Origin: Chthonomonadales bacterium
GTDB lineage: Bacteria; Armatimonadota; Chthonomonadetes; Chthonomonadales; CAJBBX01
Assembly (NCBI GenBank): GCA_037443035.1
Contig: JBBIPC010000007.1
Location: forward strand, 96,001-160,000
Direction: 5' to 3'
DNA length: 64,000 bases
Part shown: positions 61,994 through 64,000 of the stretch, piece after piece
Layout: the number at the start of each line of letters is the position of its first letter
How positions within the stretch are numbered: the stretch's first letter is position 1
Made by a program: the position numbers and the translations under genes
Notes under the pieces: generated by a model
The model's input: only the letters and a program-made list of their open reading frames with translations
What the model was told of the DNA's origin: nothing
Database searches by the model: none

Positions 61994-64000
61994 ATGATGC
62001 CCGGCGAAACGATGGGCATGGCACGAAGAGCGGACCGGCTCACGCGGCGTGAGTTGCTCGAGCTGGCAACCGTGGCCACAGCGTACTCGAGACGCCCTTC
62101 GGATGGCACACGAAAGGAGCTTAGCGCCATGAGTTCCTCCATAGACGGCCCTGCTTCGCCACTATTCGCGCCCATCACTCTATCATCTGGCACTCCTGTC
62201 GAGAACCTCGACCTCGCGTCCGCTACGCCGCAAATGGCTCAGAACATCGCCGCGGCTCCATCGGGACATTGCATCTGCTGGGGCATACCCTTCGACGCCT
62301 CACGGTGGGTTCTTGCGAACGGTGAATCGGTGGATACACGCTGGGAAGCCACTACCGCGCCCTGGCTAGTCATTCTCCATACTGCCGACCTGCGGCCCCT
62401 TGAACGACGACCCGACGGCCTCTATCCGGCGCCCAAAGGGCCCGCCCTGCTGCGCGAGCATGCCGCTGACTACGTCTTCCTCTACGCCGACGGGACCGAA
62501 GAGCGAGTACGCATTCTGCATCAGCACCAGATCGGTATGTTCCAACGAGGCTGGGGACAGTGCTGTTTCGAAGCAGTGGCTCACCGCAAACCCTTCGCCA
62601 TCGAGCCTCTCACAGACCATCCCCGACCTGGCGTCCAGTGGGGCTGGTCCCAAACGCGCGCGGCCATGCCAGACATGGGACCATGGACGAGCTGGCTCTG
62701 GGCCTGGCCAAACCCGAAGCCCACCGTGCCAGTCGTGGGTCTGCGCGTGGAGCCAGCGGGCGCACGCATCGTTCTCTCGGCCGTCACGGCCGGACGTTGC
62801 ACCGACATGCCGCTTCGCTGGCGCACCAGGCGCAAAGCGCTCCTGAGACTGCCGGAAGGAGAGCGCTTCGACCCGCATCTTACCAGCGATGGGCTATCGC
62901 GGCATATTCAGTTGGATCTCGGTCAGGTGATTTCGGCACTGCCTCGAACCGTCTATCCTAACGATTCTTGGTCGAGATCCTACAACAATCAACCACCCGA
63001 GGTACGGACGAACGAGATTATCGTGGAGTACACGTCCCATCCCGACGCACGATTCCACCTGCCGAACGGCGACACCATACCCGTGCAAGACGTCGAGCGG
63101 GGAGCGGCCGCGAACGGTCCATTCTCCCCTATTTCCCCTTCCACTCAGCGCGTGCGGCTGCGGGTCCTCGAGAAAGGCTCGGGCAAACCCGTGCCGGTCA
63201 AGCTACATGTCCACGGTGAGGCGGGCGAGTACCTGGCGCCTGTGGATCGCCATAGGATCCCCAACGTGCACTGGTACGAGGACTGGAGCGTGGACTATAT
63301 CAATCCCCAGGCCCACAACTGCACCTATATCTCCGGGGAAACGACCATGCTTCTCCCCCTAGGCCGCGTCTACATCGAGGTCAGCAAGGGCTTCGAGATC
63401 GCGCCAGTCCGCAAGGTTGTCGCCGTCTCACGCGGTACGAAAGAGATCACGCTCACTATCGAGAAGGTCCTCCCCTGGCGCGAGAAGGGTTGGGTGACCG
63501 CCGACACCCATGTTCATTTCCTTTCGCCAACGAGCGCACATCTCGAAGGCGCAGCCGAGGGAGTGAACGTCGTCAATCTCCTGGCCAGCCAGTGGGGAGA
63601 GCTCATGACGAACGTGGGCGACTTCGATGGGAAGCTCACCCACGGCTCCAGGGAGTGCGGGGGCGATGGCGAGTACCTCGTCCGTGTGGGCACGGAGAAT
63701 CGCCAGCATGTCCTCGGCCACATCTCCCTGTTGGGCTACAACGGCTCCATCATCGCCCCCATGACAGTCGGAGGTCCGGATGAGGCTGCGCTGGGCGATC
63801 CAGTGGATGTACTGCTAACCGAATGGGCCCGGCAGTGCCGCAAGCAGGGCGGTATCGTGATCCTCCCCCACTTCCCATTCCCCAGAGCCGAGAACGCCGC
63901 CGCCATCATTAGCGGGGTCATTGACGGAGTGGAGATGACAGCCTGGTCCAACCTCTATGCAGGCATAGATCCCTACTCCCTCTCCGACTGGTACCGCTAC
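61994..64000 (+). CDS. CehA/McbA-family PHP metallohydrolase, partial (runs off the window)
   Basis: I translated an open frame from 61994 (alternative start 62129 with AAAGGAG RBS) to the edge: GWVTADTHVHF, EGVNVVNLLASQWG, GTENRQHVLGHISLLG, GGIVILPH; absent from the ORF track because it has no stop. Confidence 0.85.
   Translation, partial: MMPGETMGMARRADRLTRRELLELATVATAYSRRPSDGTRKELSAMSSSIDGPASPLFAPITLSSGTPVENLDLASATPQMAQNIAAAPSGHCICWGIPFDASRWVLANGESVDTRWEATTAPWLVILHTADLRPLERRPDGLYPAPKGPALLREHAADYVFLYADGTEERVRILHQHQIGMFQRGWGQCCFEAVAHRKPFAIEPLTDHPRPGVQWGWSQTRAAMPDMGPWTSWLWAWPNPKPTVPVVGLRVEPAGARIVLSAVTAGRCTDMPLRWRTRRKALLRLPEGERFDPHLTSDGLSRHIQLDLGQVISALPRTVYPNDSWSRSYNNQPPEVRTNEIIVEYTSHPDARFHLPNGDTIPVQDVERGAAANGPFSPISPSTQRVRLRVLEKGSGKPVPVKLHVHGEAGEYLAPVDRHRIPNVHWYEDWSVDYINPQAHNCTYISGETTMLLPLGRVYIEVSKGFEIAPVRKVVAVSRGTKEITLTIEKVLPWREKGWVTADTHVHFLSPTSAHLEGAAEGVNVVNLLASQWGELMTNVGDFDGKLTHGSRECGGDGEYLVRVGTENRQHVLGHISLLGYNGSIIAPMTVGGPDEAALGDPVDVLLTEWARQCRKQGGIVILPHFPFPRAENAAAIISGVIDGVEMTAWSNLYAGIDPYSLSDWYRY

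Overview
GC-rich bacterial chromosomal window (roughly 60-65% GC by eye). The gene repertoire (DUF1559-type prepilin, 'SVTGG' Ig-like domain, secretin plus PASTA kinase) suggests an Armatimonadota-like diderm; this is inference only. About 35 kb (5.8-40.2 kb, all minus strand) is a complete type IV pilus locus nested between aroE and aroC-aroK-aroB. Its order is pilB-pilT-pilC-pilD, a 304-aa prepilin, three very large minor pilins (630, 687, 1007 aa), two giant Sec-exported propeller proteins (~1670 and ~2790 aa), pilM-N-O-P, a stand-alone secretin N-domain protein and the secretin. The left end carries rpe and a PASTA Ser/Thr kinase. The right part carries metabolic genes (sulfatase, Zn-dehydrogenase, pyrG, Tat-AKR plus tetraheme cytochrome, GH51, SIS protein) and a four-helix-bundle gene with an internal 9-nt repeat palindrome next to a GTAG REP doublet. 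It also carries a three-gene module: an AfsR/SARP-STAND regulator, a SARP-type direct-repeat promoter, a secreted single Ig-like domain and an intact IS701-like transposase with all three DDE residues apparently lost. The best candidates for undescribed biology are (1) the SARP-controlled operon with the catalytically dead transposase and (2) the giant ~6,800-aa putative pilus tip complex with its orphan secretin N-domain protein. No rRNA, tRNA or CRISPR array was seen. All family calls come from motif recognition, not database searches.
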